A stretch of 64,000 nt of DNA from Eledone cirrhosa (Eukaryota): the NCBI GenBank assembly GCA_964016885.1, contig OZ024754.1:496001-560000 (forward strand). Direction: 5' to 3'. Below, in pieces: positions 26,176 to 40,032 of the stretch. How positions within the stretch are numbered: the stretch's first letter is position 1; every line of letters starts with the position of its first letter. Position numbers and translations under genes: made by a program. The notes below the pieces were generated by a model, which saw only the letters and a list, made by a program, of their open reading frames with translations, was not told the DNA's origin and did no database searches.

Positions 26176-26465
26176 TGAAGGCGCATGGGTTAGTGGTCAG
26201 AGCGTTGAGCCCACAATCGTTAGTGTGTGAGCTTGAAACTTACACCGGGCAGTGTGTCGTGTTGTGTTCTTAAGCAAGACACTTTATTTCATGCTGCTCC
26301 AGTTCACTCAACTGCAGAAATGTGTTGTAATGATGTAAATGGTGCCAAGCTGTATCCCTTGGACAACAGCAGTCTTCCACAAACACACTTTGCCCAGGCT
26401 TGTGCCTTGGAGGGGAACTTTGCCAAGGTGCAAAACCATATCCATTTGTGACCAATGGAGGCCTA
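26176..26465 (+). mobile_element. tRNA-head CORE SINE, tail type ii
   Basis: Head gcgcatgggttagtggtcagagcg; CORE block; tail shared with 6463. Confidence 0.75.
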
Positions 26466-26791
26466 TGATATATATATCAGCAATTGATCGACTTTCGTTT
26501 CCATTGGTCTTTCCAAATGCTAATACTATCTATCGGTCGCAACTCCAGGTAGAAGGAGCAACGTGAAATAAAGTGTCTTGCCCAAGGACATAACACATCG
26601 CCCCGTCCAGGAATCGAAGTCACAACCTCACGATTGTGAATCCACTCTAACCACTCAGCCACACACCTATATACATACATATACAGTGGAAACTGGGTTC
26701 ACAAACTTAACTCGTTCCTCAAGGTTGTTCATCATCCAAAATGTTCGTAAACCCAAACTATTTTTCTCATATGAAATGTTAGGAGAAAAAT

Positions 26792-26847
<56 letters not shown>

Positions 26848-27105
26848 CATATGAAAGACAGATAGATATCACCATAGTAACTAACTACACAGCAAATGAT
26901 GCTTTCCATCCAAGCCTGTTGCCAACTGTTGTAGCTGACTTGCATGTTCGTTAAATTATGCAGGGATAGAAAATAGACATTAACCGATGATGATGATGAT
27001 GGTGACGATAGTGATGATGGTGGTGGTGGTGGTGGTGATGGTGGTGGTGATGGTGGTGATGATGATGATGGTGGTGGTGGTGGTGATGTACATTGCTTAC
27101 ATTGT

Positions 27106-27320
27106 TTAACCCTTTAATGTTCAAACCGGCCAAAACCGGCCAGAATTCTCTACCTCTATCTGTTGAAACTGGCTGTAACTGGTCGCTCAAACTGATGTTA
27201 AGGTATTGTTCTCAAAATAAATACTTTCAAAATCTCATAGATTCGATATTATGTGAGGTAAAGCTTTTACCATGAAAATATAATAGTATACAGAGACTAA
27301 TGTGAATGCTAAAGGGTTAA
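27106..27320. mobile_element. piggyBac-type MITE
   Basis: TTAA-cccttt...aaaggg-TTAA. Confidence 0.9.
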
Positions 27321-27344
27321 AGAGGTTTATATAAAAATGTTTAA

Positions 27345-27540
27345 AGTATACAACAGATGTCCCACAACTGGGGTGAAGTATACCACAGCTGTCCCACAAC
27401 TGGAGTGAAGTGTACAATAGACATCTCACAATGAGGTAAAGTATACAACAGACATCGCACAACAGGGTAAAGTATACAACAGACATCCCACAACAGGGTA
27501 AAGTATACAACAGACATCCCACAACTGGGGTAAAGTATAT
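27345..27540. repeat. ~31-33-bp minisatellite (aaagtatacaacagacatcccacaactggggt), about 6 units
   Basis: Directly visible and degenerate. Confidence 0.85.
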
Positions 27541-27552
27541 TGCTTTACTTAC

Positions 27553-27654
27553 CTCAGTTTAGGTTTAGAATTACCAGGTATAAATCCAACTGTACAAACA
27601 CCTGATCCAAGAATTCATGCAAATGTCTCAATCTGCAAACTCTTTCAACCCATT
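27553..27654 (-). other. Candidate 102-nt spliced exon of an unknown host transcript
   Basis: Minus strand: poly-T tract + ctatgatAG acceptor, unique sequence, GAG|GTAAGT donor. No frame is open throughout. Confidence 0.3.
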
Positions 27655-28337
27655 CTATCATAGAAAAAAAAAAGGTGAGATCCCATAAGAAAAACATTTA
27701 GAGAGAAAAAAGAAGATAAAAACTGAATCAATTACATTTAAGTTGTTAATATCGTGTAATGATGTAGGAGAAAATATGTACAAATGGTTTTGTTAATCAA
27801 ATGTTTGTAGTATCTTTACCACTGAACAGAGCATTATATTAGAGTTGAAGTTATTTATATAGCAAGTCAAATGAAATAACAGATACTAAAACTGACTTGA
27901 AACAACTTATCTAGTGTGTCTTATATTGCTTTTAAATATGGAATATATACATGAGAGAGAGAGAGAGTACAAGGCTACAATAAGAGAGAAAGGTAAGTAA
28001 ATAAGTTATTGGGTTGGGTGACAATCATGAATGGAAATAGAAATATTTTAGTCACCTTCAGGTAGTAACAACTTGAGCTGATATAGAGGTATGTTGTTGT
28101 TGTTGACCTAGTTGATGTCAATATTGATAAGTGAGAGCAACAGAGAGTATATTAAAACAGTATTTCATGAATGTCAACAATCTAACAACAGACACACTGA
28201 CACATACACACCTCAAACACACACACTGACACACTAACACACACACATACACACCTCAAACACACACACTGACACACTAACACACACAGACACATCTCAA
28301 ACACGCTCACTCACCAACACACCAACAAACGTATACC

Positions 28338-28520
28338 TCTTCATTTTTGCCTACTTATTCCTGAAAGGATCAGGTGGATTCCTTAAACATTCCTTCCAGC
28401 AGATCCTGTCAGAAGTAACCGTTTCCAACTGATCCAGCTGAGACCAGCCGAGTTCATGGATGTTATCCAAAGATCTTGCTCAAGTTCTAGCCCTGGGTCT
28501 CCTGCCAGTTCGATAAATCT
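28338..28520 (-). mobile_element. Decayed 3' end of a further LINE family (opposite-strand copy at 29871-30036)
   Basis: Both share ttggataacatccatga..gatcagttgga.a.ggtt.cttctgacagga and end in (gaa)n. Confidence 0.65.
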
Positions 28521-28622
28521 TGTCCAGAGATTTTAACTAGTATACAAATTAGGTATAGATAGTATACAAGTAAATAAGACACTCTGTCCTTCTGGTCCAC
28601 AGATCTGAATACCTAGGGCTAA

Positions 28623-28851
28623 TTAACCCTTTAACATTTACATTATTCTATATATACTATTATATTTCCATCGTAAAGCCTTTACCTCGCATAATTATCT
28701 CACATAATATTGAATCTATGAGATTTTGATATTATTTATTTTGAGAACAATACCTTAATATCAGTATGAGTGATCAGTTACAGCCAGTTTGAACTGAAAG
28801 AAGTGAGAGAATTCTGGCTGGATAGAACTGGTTTAAATGCTAAAGGGTTAA
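28623..28851. mobile_element. piggyBac-type MITE
   Basis: TTAA TSD and CCCTTTA TIR. Confidence 0.9.
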
Positions 28852-29490
28852 GGATACCCCCATAGATATACAATCACCCAACCAAATCTTCCATTGAATT
28901 ACACTTTAGGGGTCAAATACTCTCCATTAGTTGAGCTTCTTGCATAAAGAAACCATGTTTAATGTCATGTAAGAAAGATAAATATATGTGAATGTAAGAA
29001 AGATAAATATAATGGCAAATGTGACAAATTCTAATATGGCTGAAAACAGGAAGATAAAAACATATATTTTGGATATTGAATTCACCGATGGTATTCTAAA
29101 AATCTTTAAAAAATATTTGGTAAAGTGCCAGCCTAGAGCAGAGAATGTGCTGACCTCTATGGCAAATAATTTTGTTCTGAGATTCTGAAAGCAAGGTAGA
29201 AAGAGGAGAAAAGTAACGAGAGAAAAAATCTGTCAAGATTTATATATCAGCTCACCTCGATTGGGGCATCTTTGGCAGAAAATCAACAACTTTATACTAT
29301 TAATTATTTGTGAAATTCAAGCCATGGCCCATAAATGCATGTGCATTTATCATCATCATCTTAATCGCTATTTTACATCTATTTTCTATGCTTGCATGGG
29401 TTAGACATGTCGTGTTTGTACAGCTTTACTGGGTTCGTTTACTCATGGCACCACTGCAACTACTTTACAGGGTGGACTAGCTGCATTACC

Positions 29491-29730
29491 ACATTATATT
29501 TCATTTAATACTATAAGGCAAGCAAGTAAAATGGGACATTATATTTCATTTAATACTATAAGGCAAGCAAGTAAAATGGGACATTATATTTCATTTAATA
29601 CTATAAGGCAAGCAAGTAAAATGGGACATTATATTTCATTTAATACTATAAGGCAAGCAAGTAAAATGGGACATTATATTTCATTTAATACTATAAGGCA
29701 AGCAAGTAAAATGGGACATTATATTTCATT
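29491..29730. repeat. 45-bp minisatellite, about 5.3 perfect copies
   Basis: Unit acattatatttcatttaatactataaggcaagcaagtaaaatggg. Confidence 0.95.
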
Positions 29731-29742
29731 GTTGACCTAGTG

Positions 29743-29870
29743 GTGATATGGCCATAACAAAAGGAAAGATTTACAGCACCTAGGTTTCCCAAGTGGTCAC
29801 CCATCGAAGTACTAACTAGACTTGACATTGTTTAACGTCGGTAATCGGATGAGCACAGGTGTTTCCAAAC
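29743..29870 (-). pseudogene. 5S rRNA pseudogene, circularly permuted
   Basis: Minus strand gives 5S nt ~18-120 (ctcatccgattaccgacgttaa..gttagtacttcgatgggtgaccacttgggaa..ggtgctgta), then a T-rich linker, then gttatggccatatcac (nt ~1-17). Confidence 0.85.
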
Positions 29871-30427
29871 CCTAAGCAAGATGGTTGGATAACATCCATG
29901 AGCTTGGTTGGTCTTGCTTGGGGGACCCAGTCAGATCAGTTGGAGATGGTTGCTTCTGACAGGACCCACTGGAAGGAGTGTTTGGGGATTCTGTGCCTCA
30001 TGATCCTCTCAAGAATAAGTGGGTGAAGAAGAAGAGACCTTGTTGGTTAGAGTGTACAACCCCCAATCATAAGGCTGTAGGTTTAATCCCTGGACTGGGT
30101 AGTGCATTGAGCCCCTCAGCAAGATATTTCATTTCACGTCACTTTTCATGATGCCCTGAATTTTGCAGTATTGCTTTTTATTGCATTTATATATATATAT
30201 ATATATATATACTGCTCATATATATATATTCAGACAAGACTGCATGTATACACGTTATGCTGGACATTCCTTCAAGAATTTTCACCATAGACTTTGTTGA
30301 CATGTATATATATATGTATATATATCCAAGGAGTGTAGCGTGGACTTACTGTAGGTTCACCCAGGTGAGCACTCAATGTCTAGGTTCACATCGGTGGCAA
30401 GGTGTAGAGCTAAACAGAGTGTAATAT

Positions 30428-30636
30428 AATAATACAAGGACGATTTGTTAAGCATTCATTACCTTTATTGATTGGTAACGTGCGTTTCGCTATTGATTAG
30501 CTCAAGGTTCGATCTGGCCCTACTCTGGAATCAACAGCAGAGGTCCAACAAGCTTTGATCGAACCTTGAGCTGATCAATAGCGAAACGCACGTCACCAAG
30601 GAATAAACGTAATGACGGCTTAACAAATCGTCCCTG

Positions 30637-30645
<9 letters not shown>
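30428..30645 (+). mobile_element. Inverted-repeat element with a degenerate hammerhead (family H7)
   Basis: About 87-bp arms; ggt-CCAACAA-gctttgatc..gatcaatagc-GAAAC-gcac-GTC-acc at 30542-30597; (ATT)n flank. Confidence 0.65.
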
Positions 30646-30668
<23 letters not shown>

Positions 30669-30994
30669 AAAATCAGTGCATGATTTTCCTTTTTCCCTAT
30701 ATTTTTAGCAGACCAACTTGCAAAGTGAATATGCTTCGCTGAGGAAATCCAAGAAGATTGAAACCTGTCTGTGCTTTCATCGAGTTGGCTTATAGACAAG
30801 GTCCATTCCCACTGCATCGTCTTAAAAAGTTTGCTTGGTTCCATGAAAAGGCACCCCTAAATGGAATTTTCGTTTTAAATATGTGAAGATAATTTTGGTT
30901 GATTCGAGATTTGCAACTTCTCTCACCGTACTGAAGCAGTTAAACTCTGTATGTGAAGGTTTTATGCAGAGCACTTCCCTCAGGCATTACCCAC

Positions 30995-31043
<49 letters not shown>

Positions 31044-31094
31044 ATATATATATAGACAGTTGAAAATTGCAAACTTGACTGTCACCACATACTA

Positions 31095-31133
31095 TGAACC
31101 TGAAGATTGCGAAAGCATGAAAGTACTTGTTCA
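31095..31133 (+). ncRNA. Intact 39-nt minimal type I hammerhead ribozyme (family H8)
   Basis: tgaac-CTGAAGA-t-tgc-gaaa-gca-t-GAAA-gtac-TT-gttca: 5-bp stem I, GNRA-capped stem II, palindromic stem III AGTACT. Confidence 0.85.
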
Positions 31134-32027
31134 ATTAACACTTAGAATTTAATATTCTACCATACTATTTCATTATAATACCATTATAAATTTTAAAGGA
31201 TTGTAAATAAAACGAGTAAATCAGACAAAGTTGGAATTCCTCTTATTAATATAATCTTCTATACACAATCATACACACCCGTGTATATTTATCTATCTAT
31301 CTCTCTCTCTCTCTATATATATATACATATATATACATATATATTTACATATCTTTATCATACATAGGTATATTTACATATATACATCTATCTATATATA
31401 TATATATATATACAATACATATACATACAATATACGTGAGTGTGTATGTATGGTATGTGTGTGTGTGCATGAGTAAGAAGAAGAGAAGGCTTCTGAAAAA
31501 ACACATGTCAATTTTTGTACACATGGTAGACAGCAGTTCCGTTCGTTAGGTTGCTCTAGTAGCCTAAAAAATATTTAAAACAAAAACGAAACAAAAAAAA
31601 ACAGAAGCCAGCATTAACCTACTACTACTACTACTACCACCACTACAACTACTACCACCACCACCACCACCACCACCACTACTACTGCTATTCCCAAGCA
31701 ACCAACAAACTTCCTCTCAAGGCACATATTTTAGAGAACAGTAGAGCAGAGCTTCAATGTAGTCGAAAAGTAGGGGGCTAAAACATTCGATAGACATACT
31801 AAGAGAAAACCCTTCATAGAAACTAGACCACTGAAATTGTAATTTGGGCTGGTTATATACATATACATATATATATATATATTTCTCTACAATAGATTGC
31901 ATATATATATATATATAATTTTATTAAAGTTAAACAGTGAATCTTGTTGCTCTCTCAAATGCATGTCTTTAGGGGCTTATATAAATGCCCACCTTCTTCG
32001 AAGCAATTAACACACACACACACATAT

Positions 32028-32159
32028 ATATATATTTATACATATATACATATATATATACATATATATATATACATATACATATATATATACATATATA
32101 TATATACATATATACATATATATATACATATATATACATATATATATACATATATATAC

Positions 32160-32208
<49 letters not shown>

Positions 32209-32426
32209 CATATATACATATATACATATACATATATATATATACATATATATATATACATATATATATATACATATATATACATATATACATATACATA
32301 TATATATATACATATATATATATACATATATATATATACATATATATACATATATACATATACATATATATATATACATATATATATATACATATATATA
32401 TATACATATATATATATACATATATA
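32028..32426. repeat. (TA)n/(TACA) array
   Basis: Directly visible. Confidence 0.95.
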
Positions 32427-32890
32427 GGTTAGCATGGTCCATATATAAATCACAATGAAAAAAAAAAGCGATCCCTTAAAAAAACTGGTTTACACACATC
32501 AGATACATCACACCACTCCCCCAGATTTCAACTTTTTCCTTACCGTACTTCTAATGACATGTTTCAATTATTTAATGAAGAATTTAGAGGGATTCATTAA
32601 AATTATTAATTATTTCAATATTAAGATAGCATATGCCATTCTTAGGTAGAATTAAGTTGGAAGATTTTAATTTAAATAGGAATAGGAGTCCGTTATAATA
32701 GAAATGGATGGTTTTGTTTAATATAGAGCAGATATTTTTGTGGGGTCGAATTGATATTAAAGAGCTTTATATTTTCAATCATCCGTTCAAGGCCTGAAGT
32801 GTCGCACTGAATATAACATTGATAAAATATGGTAATGCAACAAAGAATTATGTGGCGTTAGACATATACTATATATATATAGCATATGTC

Positions 32891-32920
<30 letters not shown>

Positions 32921-32921
<1 letters not shown>

Positions 32922-33110
32922 AACAAAGGAATTGTGGTAAGGAACCTGATGGACCATAACGCACCAGAGTACTCAATACTTAGGGTAGTAGAGTGGGAAA
33001 TAGGAAAAAATATGACCCCGACGGCAGAGCTCAAGCCGTTTCGACGGCTATTTCTGGACTGAAATAGCCGTTGAAACGGCTTGAGCTCTGTCGTCGGGGT
33101 CATACTTTTT

Positions 33111-33115
<5 letters not shown>
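32921..33115 (-). mobile_element. Fold-back element family H2 (hammerhead 3' half + tail) in (TA)n
   Basis: 55-bp arms around a 6-nt loop; GAAAC-ggc..gcc-GTC-ggggtc; relatives at 39955-40080 and 58240-58329. Confidence 0.75.
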
Positions 33116-33169
<54 letters not shown>

Positions 33170-34143
33170 CATGTCTCTCTATATATATAATTAATATAGC
33201 ATATGTCTATATATATATATAATTAATATATATATATATAATTAATATAGCAAGGTGCTCTTTCTTTTAGGAGGTTTGTGTTGATTTATAAATACGGGGA
33301 AAATTACTGAAGAATCCTGATCGGCCAATAAAACAAGTAAAATCTAGTTGCTAGTGTGTCATATTTGGGTTAAATCCGTGCTGAAGACTACTTGCATTGG
33401 AAGAGGAGGTTGAGGAGGGGGAGAGAGAGAGAGAATGTCAACAAAATGGTTCGCTTGTGTGAATGAATGTCAACGATACAATACTAAGGCAATGTTTTCT
33501 CCTCTCTCACCCGTGTGTGTGAGAGAGCATACATGTGTGTGTATGGTATGTTGGCATACATACATACACATACGTACGTCCATACAAATATACACATACG
33601 TACGTCCATACAAATATACACATACGTACGTCCATACATACACGCACACACACACACACATACGTACGTACGTCCATACAAATATACACATACGTACGCC
33701 CATACATATATACACACGTACATATACACATACACTTGTTCCTCCCTACTCTTTCATACTGTTGTGTCTTTACCCCTTCATCACCTCAGACCCCTATTTC
33801 TATCGATCTGTCCAATGTTTCTGGTTCTCTCCATCTAACTAACCATTTATCTATTGATCTACCTATCAACCTTTATTTATCGATCTACCTATCAACATTT
33901 ATCTATCGATCTACCTATCATTTGTCTATCTATCAACCTTTATCGATCTGTTTACGTCCAATTATCTTCCTTCATCTATTTAATCACCCAACCCTTAATC
34001 TCTCATTACATACAGACACACACTTGTTCATTATATATATATATATATACACACACAGACTTGTTTATATTTATATATGTGTACACACACACACATATAT
34101 ATATATGTACACACATATATATATATATATACACACACACATA

Positions 34144-34201
34144 TACAGGGTATCTCAAAATGTATACACACTTCAACAACATTCTAACAAAGGTGCGTAT
34201 A

Positions 34202-34275
<74 letters not shown>

Positions 34276-34290
34276 GTATATATATATATG

Positions 34291-34324
<34 letters not shown>

Positions 34325-34391
34325 TATACACACACTATACACACCTTTGTTAGAATGTTGTTGAAGTGTGTATACATTGTTTTGAGATACC

Positions 34392-34396
<5 letters not shown>
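34144..34396. mobile_element. Mariner-type MITE as a fold-back palindrome centred on a (TA)n array
   Basis: TA-cagggtatctcaaaa...ttttgagataccctg-TA with ~60-bp inverted arms. Confidence 0.8.
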
Positions 34397-34432
<36 letters not shown>

Positions 34433-34849
34433 AGTATGTTTGCCTTTGTCTATTATGATTCTATTTTACCATCTCTCCTCTTTATTTCTCATTTTCTCTC
34501 CTCCTCTCTCTCCCATACAACTCTCTCTCTCTCTCTCTCCCATACAACTCTCTCTATCTCTCAATTCATTCCTTCGTCACGCTTGTTTTATCTCTCTCTC
34601 TCTCTCTCTCTCCTACACCATCACTACAAACAGAACACCAGAAATACTCGAGGCAAATATATATATATATATAAAGATATATATATAGTATGTTATGTTA
34701 CCTCGCTTTAGTTATACATGTGTGTGTGTGTGTGTGTATGTATTAAACACAACTATACATGAATACACACATGTGGTATGCCACCAGTCTCCATCAGACT
34801 CTGCAGTCATGCATGTCGACTAAAAATATATACAACTACCATCGTTACC

Positions 34850-35245
34850 ACCACCACCATCATTTTAACCCTGCCATCACTAACAATGCTATCAACCACC
34901 ACCACCACCACCATCAATACGGCCATCATCATCATCATTTTAACCCTGCCATCACTAACAATGCTATCAACCACCACCACCACCACCACCATCAATACGG
35001 CCATCATCATCATCATTTTAACCCTGCCATCACTAACAATGCTATCAACCACCACCACCATCAATACGGCCATCATCATCATCATTTTAACCCTGCCATC
35101 ACTAACAATGCTATCAACCACCACCACCACCATCAATACGGCCATCATCATCATCATTTTAACCCTGCCATCACTAACAATGCTATCATCAACCACCACC
35201 ACCACCATCACAACTCTGCTATCAACAACCATCACTACTACTACT
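34850..35245. repeat. ~66-75-bp minisatellite with variable CAC run, 5 units
   Basis: cattttaaccctgccatcactaacaatgctatcaac(cac)n repeated. Confidence 0.9.
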
Positions 35246-35329
35246 ACTAATAGTGCCACCATACCATTCTATTGCCAATACCACTGCTTAATAACACCAT
35301 TTCTACAGCCAAACAAGGCAGCCTCCTCT

Positions 35330-35642
35330 ACATGGTCACTCGGCGTGCTAGAAACAACAGCTAAATCTCCTCCCAATCACACACTATCTTTAAATGAGGA
35401 AAAGACAGATAATATACTCCGCCTCTAAGGCAACCTTTATTAGCAACAATAACAAAGAAGCTTCTACATAGTTGCTAAACCTACTAGAAATAGCAGCCAA
35501 ATCCCCCCCCCCCTCCTATCTAAGATTAGAGTGGATAAGATCTTATTAGAGAGACGATTCATTTAGAAAAGACGAGATGTTCATAAATGGAAGGCTTTTG
35601 ATCATAATTTTGTTAGGTAAGGGTTGGCCTGGGGCTAAACAA
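35330..35642 (+). mobile_element. Unclassified interspersed repeat (relatives at 4305-4440, 44045-44290, 60520-60580, 61150-61330)
   Basis: Shared blocks cctgctagaaatagcagccaaatc and gatggtca.agctggaa.g. Confidence 0.5.
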
Positions 35643-35837
35643 TATTATAAATTCTTGCTACTACTACCACCACTAATGTTTCTACCACTAACACTACTAA
35701 CAACAATGACCACTACTAATACCACCACCACTACTAATATCACCAACACTACCTATATCACCAATATTATCACCACCACCAGCACCACCACAACTATTAC
35801 TACTACCATCACCACCACCACTATCACCAATACCACC

Positions 35838-36340
35838 ACCACCAGTACTGCCAACGATATCACCACCACCACTATCACCACCACCAACGATATCACCACC
35901 ACCACCACCACCAGTACTGCCAACGATATCACCACCACCACCACCACCAGTACTGCCAACGATATCACCACCACCACCACCACCAGTACTGCCAACGATA
36001 TCACCACCACCACCACCACCAGTACTGCCAACGATATCACCACCACCACCACCACCAGTACTGCCAACGATATCACCACCACCACCACCACCACCACCAC
36101 CACCACCAGTACTGCCAACGATATCACCACCACCACCACCACCACCACCAGTACTGCCAACGATATCACCACCACCACCACCACCACCACCAGTACTGCC
36201 AACGATATCACCACCACCACCACCACCACCAGTACTGCCAACGATATCACCACCACCACCACCACCAGTACTGCCAACGATATCACCACCACCACCACCA
36301 CCACCAGTACTGCCAACGATATCACCACCACCACCACCAG
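35838..36340. repeat. Minisatellite agtactgccaacgatat(cac)n
   Basis: Directly visible; the mucin-like ORF is a by-product. Confidence 0.9.
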
Positions 36341-36445
36341 TTCGACATTAGCTAATAGAACAAGTGACACTTGAAATATACAGCAGCTAATTCCCATGTT
36401 AGAATTACGTTCAATAGAGAGCTCTCACCTAGCTTACCTGCCTAC

Positions 36446-36901
36446 CTATATATACATATATACACATACATATATATATACACATACATATATATATACA
36501 CATACATATATATATACACATACATATATATGTACATACATACACATACATATATATGTACATACATACACACATATATATACATACCTACACACATATA
36601 TATACATACATACATACACACATATATATACATACATACACACACATATATATATATACATACACATATATATGTACATACATACACACATATATATACA
36701 TACATACACACATATATATATATATATATACATATATACATACACATATACACATATATACATACACATATACACATATATATATACATATATACATACA
36801 CATATACACATATATACATACACATATACACATATATATATACATATACATGCACATATATATACACATATATATATACATATACATGCACATATATATA
36901 T

Positions 36902-36932
<31 letters not shown>

Positions 36933-39440
36933 CATACATACATACACAAATATGTATATATATATACATACATACACAAATATATATATATATATACATA
37001 CATACACAAATATATATATATATATACATACATACATACACAAATATATATATATATATACATACATATACAAATATATATATATATATACATACATATA
37101 CAAATATATATATATATATACATACATATACAAATATATATATATATATACATACATACACAAATATATATATATATATACATACATACACAAATATATA
37201 TATATATATACATACATACACAAATATATATATATATATACATACATACACAAATATATATATATATATACATACATACACAAATATATATATATATATA
37301 CATACATATACAAATATATATATATATATACATACATATACAAATATATATATATATATACATACATACACAAATACATATATATATACATACACACACA
37401 TAAATATATATTGTACGTGTGTATGTGCGTGAGTGAATATATATATATAATATATATAAGCAATGACCACCACCACCACCACCACTACTACTACACAACG
37501 CCACCACTACTTCCTACTACTACCACGACCACTACCACCATCATCATCACCACTACTATCACCATCACCACCACCTACTACACCACTACCACACCACTAC
37601 CACCGCCTACTACACCACTACCACCACCTACTACCACTACTACAACCACCTACTACCACCTACTACACCACTACCACCACCTACTACACCACTACCACCA
37701 CCTACTACCACTACTACACCACTACCACCACCTACTACCACCTACTACACCACTACCACCACCTACTACACCACTACCACCACCTACTACCACTACTACA
37801 CCACTACCACCACCTACTACCACTACTACACCACTACCACCACCTACTACCACTACTACACCACTACCACCACCTACTACCACCTACTACACCACTACCA
37901 CCACCTACTACACCACTACCACCACCTACTACACCACTACCACCACCTACTACACCACTACCACCACCTACTACACCACTACCACCACCTATTACACCAC
38001 CTACTACCACCTACTACACCACTACTACACCACTACCACCACCTACTACACCACTACACCACCTACTACACCACTACACCACCTACTACCACCACCTACT
38101 ACCACCACCTACTACCACCACCTACTACCACCTACTACACCACTACCACCTACTACACCACTACACCACCTACTACCACCACCTACTACCACTACTACAC
38201 CACTACCACCACCTACTACCACCTACTACACCACTACACCACCTACTACCACCACCTACTACCACTACTACACCACTACCACCACCTACTACCACCTACT
38301 ACACCACTACACCACCTACTACCACCTACTACACCACTACACCACCTACTACCACCACCTACTACCACTACTACACCACTACACCACCTACTACCACCAC
38401 CTACTACCACTACTACACCACTACCACCACCTACTACCACCTACTACACCACTACACCACCTACTACCACCACCTACTACCACTACTACACCACTACCAC
38501 CACCTACTACCACCTACTACACCACTACCACCACCTACTACACCACTACCACCACCTACTACACCACTACCACCACCTATTACACCACCTACTACCACCT
38601 ACTACACCACTACTACCACCTACTACCACCACCTACTACACCACTACCACCACCTACTACCACCTACTACACCACTACCACCACCTACTACACCACTACC
38701 ACCACCTACTACACCACTACTACCACCTATTACACCACCTACTACCACCTACTACCACCTACTACACCACTACTACCACCTACTACACCACTACTACCAC
38801 CTACTACCACCACCTACTACCACCTACTACACCACTACCACCACCTACCACCACCTACTACACCACTACTACCACCTACTACACCACTACCACCACCTAC
38901 TACCACCACCTACTACCACTACTACACCACTACCACCACCTACTACCACTACCACCACCTACTACACCACTACCACCACCTACTACCACCTACTACACCA
39001 CTACCACCACCTACTACCACCACCTACTACCACTACTACACCACTACCACCACCTACTACCACTACCACCACCTACTACACCACTACCACCACCTACCAC
39101 CACCTACTACACCACTACTACCACCTACTACACCACTACCACCACCTACTACCACCACCTACTACCACTACTACACCACTACCACCACCTACTACCACTA
39201 CCACCACCTACTACACCACTACCACCACCTACTACCACCTACTACACCACTACACCACCTACTACCACCACCTACTACCACCTACTACACCACTACCACC
39301 ACCTACTACCACTACTACACCACTACCACCACCTACTACCACTACCACCACCTACTACCACTACCACCACCTACTACACCACTACCACCACCTACTACCA
39401 CCTACTACACCACTACACCACCTACTACCACTACTACACA
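36446..39440. repeat. (TA/CA)n array followed by a ~2-kb (CAC/TAC)n cryptic array
   Basis: Directly visible. Confidence 0.95.
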
Positions 39441-39682
39441 ACGCCATATGACTCTAGGGACCTAAACAAGGAAATAACAACACTGACCACAACCAATTCC
39501 GACATTTCCTTGCTTTTCTTTCTCATCGTGCCAGACTACATCACATTGATTTTCTCAGAGGAATTTAACAGATATCTGTGTTGAAAGACACACACAGGCA
39601 CACACACAGGCACACATACACACACACACACACACACAGGCACACATACACACAGACACACACACAGGCACACATACACACA

Positions 39683-39926
39683 TATTTATTGATGGCACTC
39701 CGTCGGTTACGACGACGAGTGTTCCAATTGATCCGATCAACGGAACAGCCTGGCTCTGAAATTAATGTGCAAGTGGCTGAGCATTCCACAGACACGCGTA
39801 CCTTTAACGTAGTTCTCAGGGAGATTCAGCGTGACACCAAATATGACAAGGTTGAACCTTTTATTACAAATACAACTCATTTTTGCCAGCTGAGCAAACT
39901 AGAGCAACGTGAAATAAAGTGTCCTT
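39683..39926 (-). mobile_element. CORE SINE, tail type iv (decayed copy at 41620-41815)
   Basis: CORE block gagcaacgtgaaataaagtgtc; gtggctgagcattccaca..ttctcagggagattc shared with 41620. Confidence 0.75.
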
Positions 39927-39954
39927 GATATATATATATATATATATATATATA

Positions 39955-39993
39955 GGTATGACCCCGACGGCAGAGCTCAAGCTGTTTCGACGG

Positions 39994-40032
<39 letters not shown>

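Noticed and set aside
2858-29730. CRISPR-like appearance of the 28-, 31-, 33- and 45-bp arrays
   Set aside because: Units are contiguous with no unique spacers, there are no cas genes, and the context is eukaryotic.
30733-30775. CTGAGGA-aatc..gatt-GAAAC-ct-GTC possible hammerhead
   Set aside because: Stem II is present but there is no convincing stem I and no second copy.
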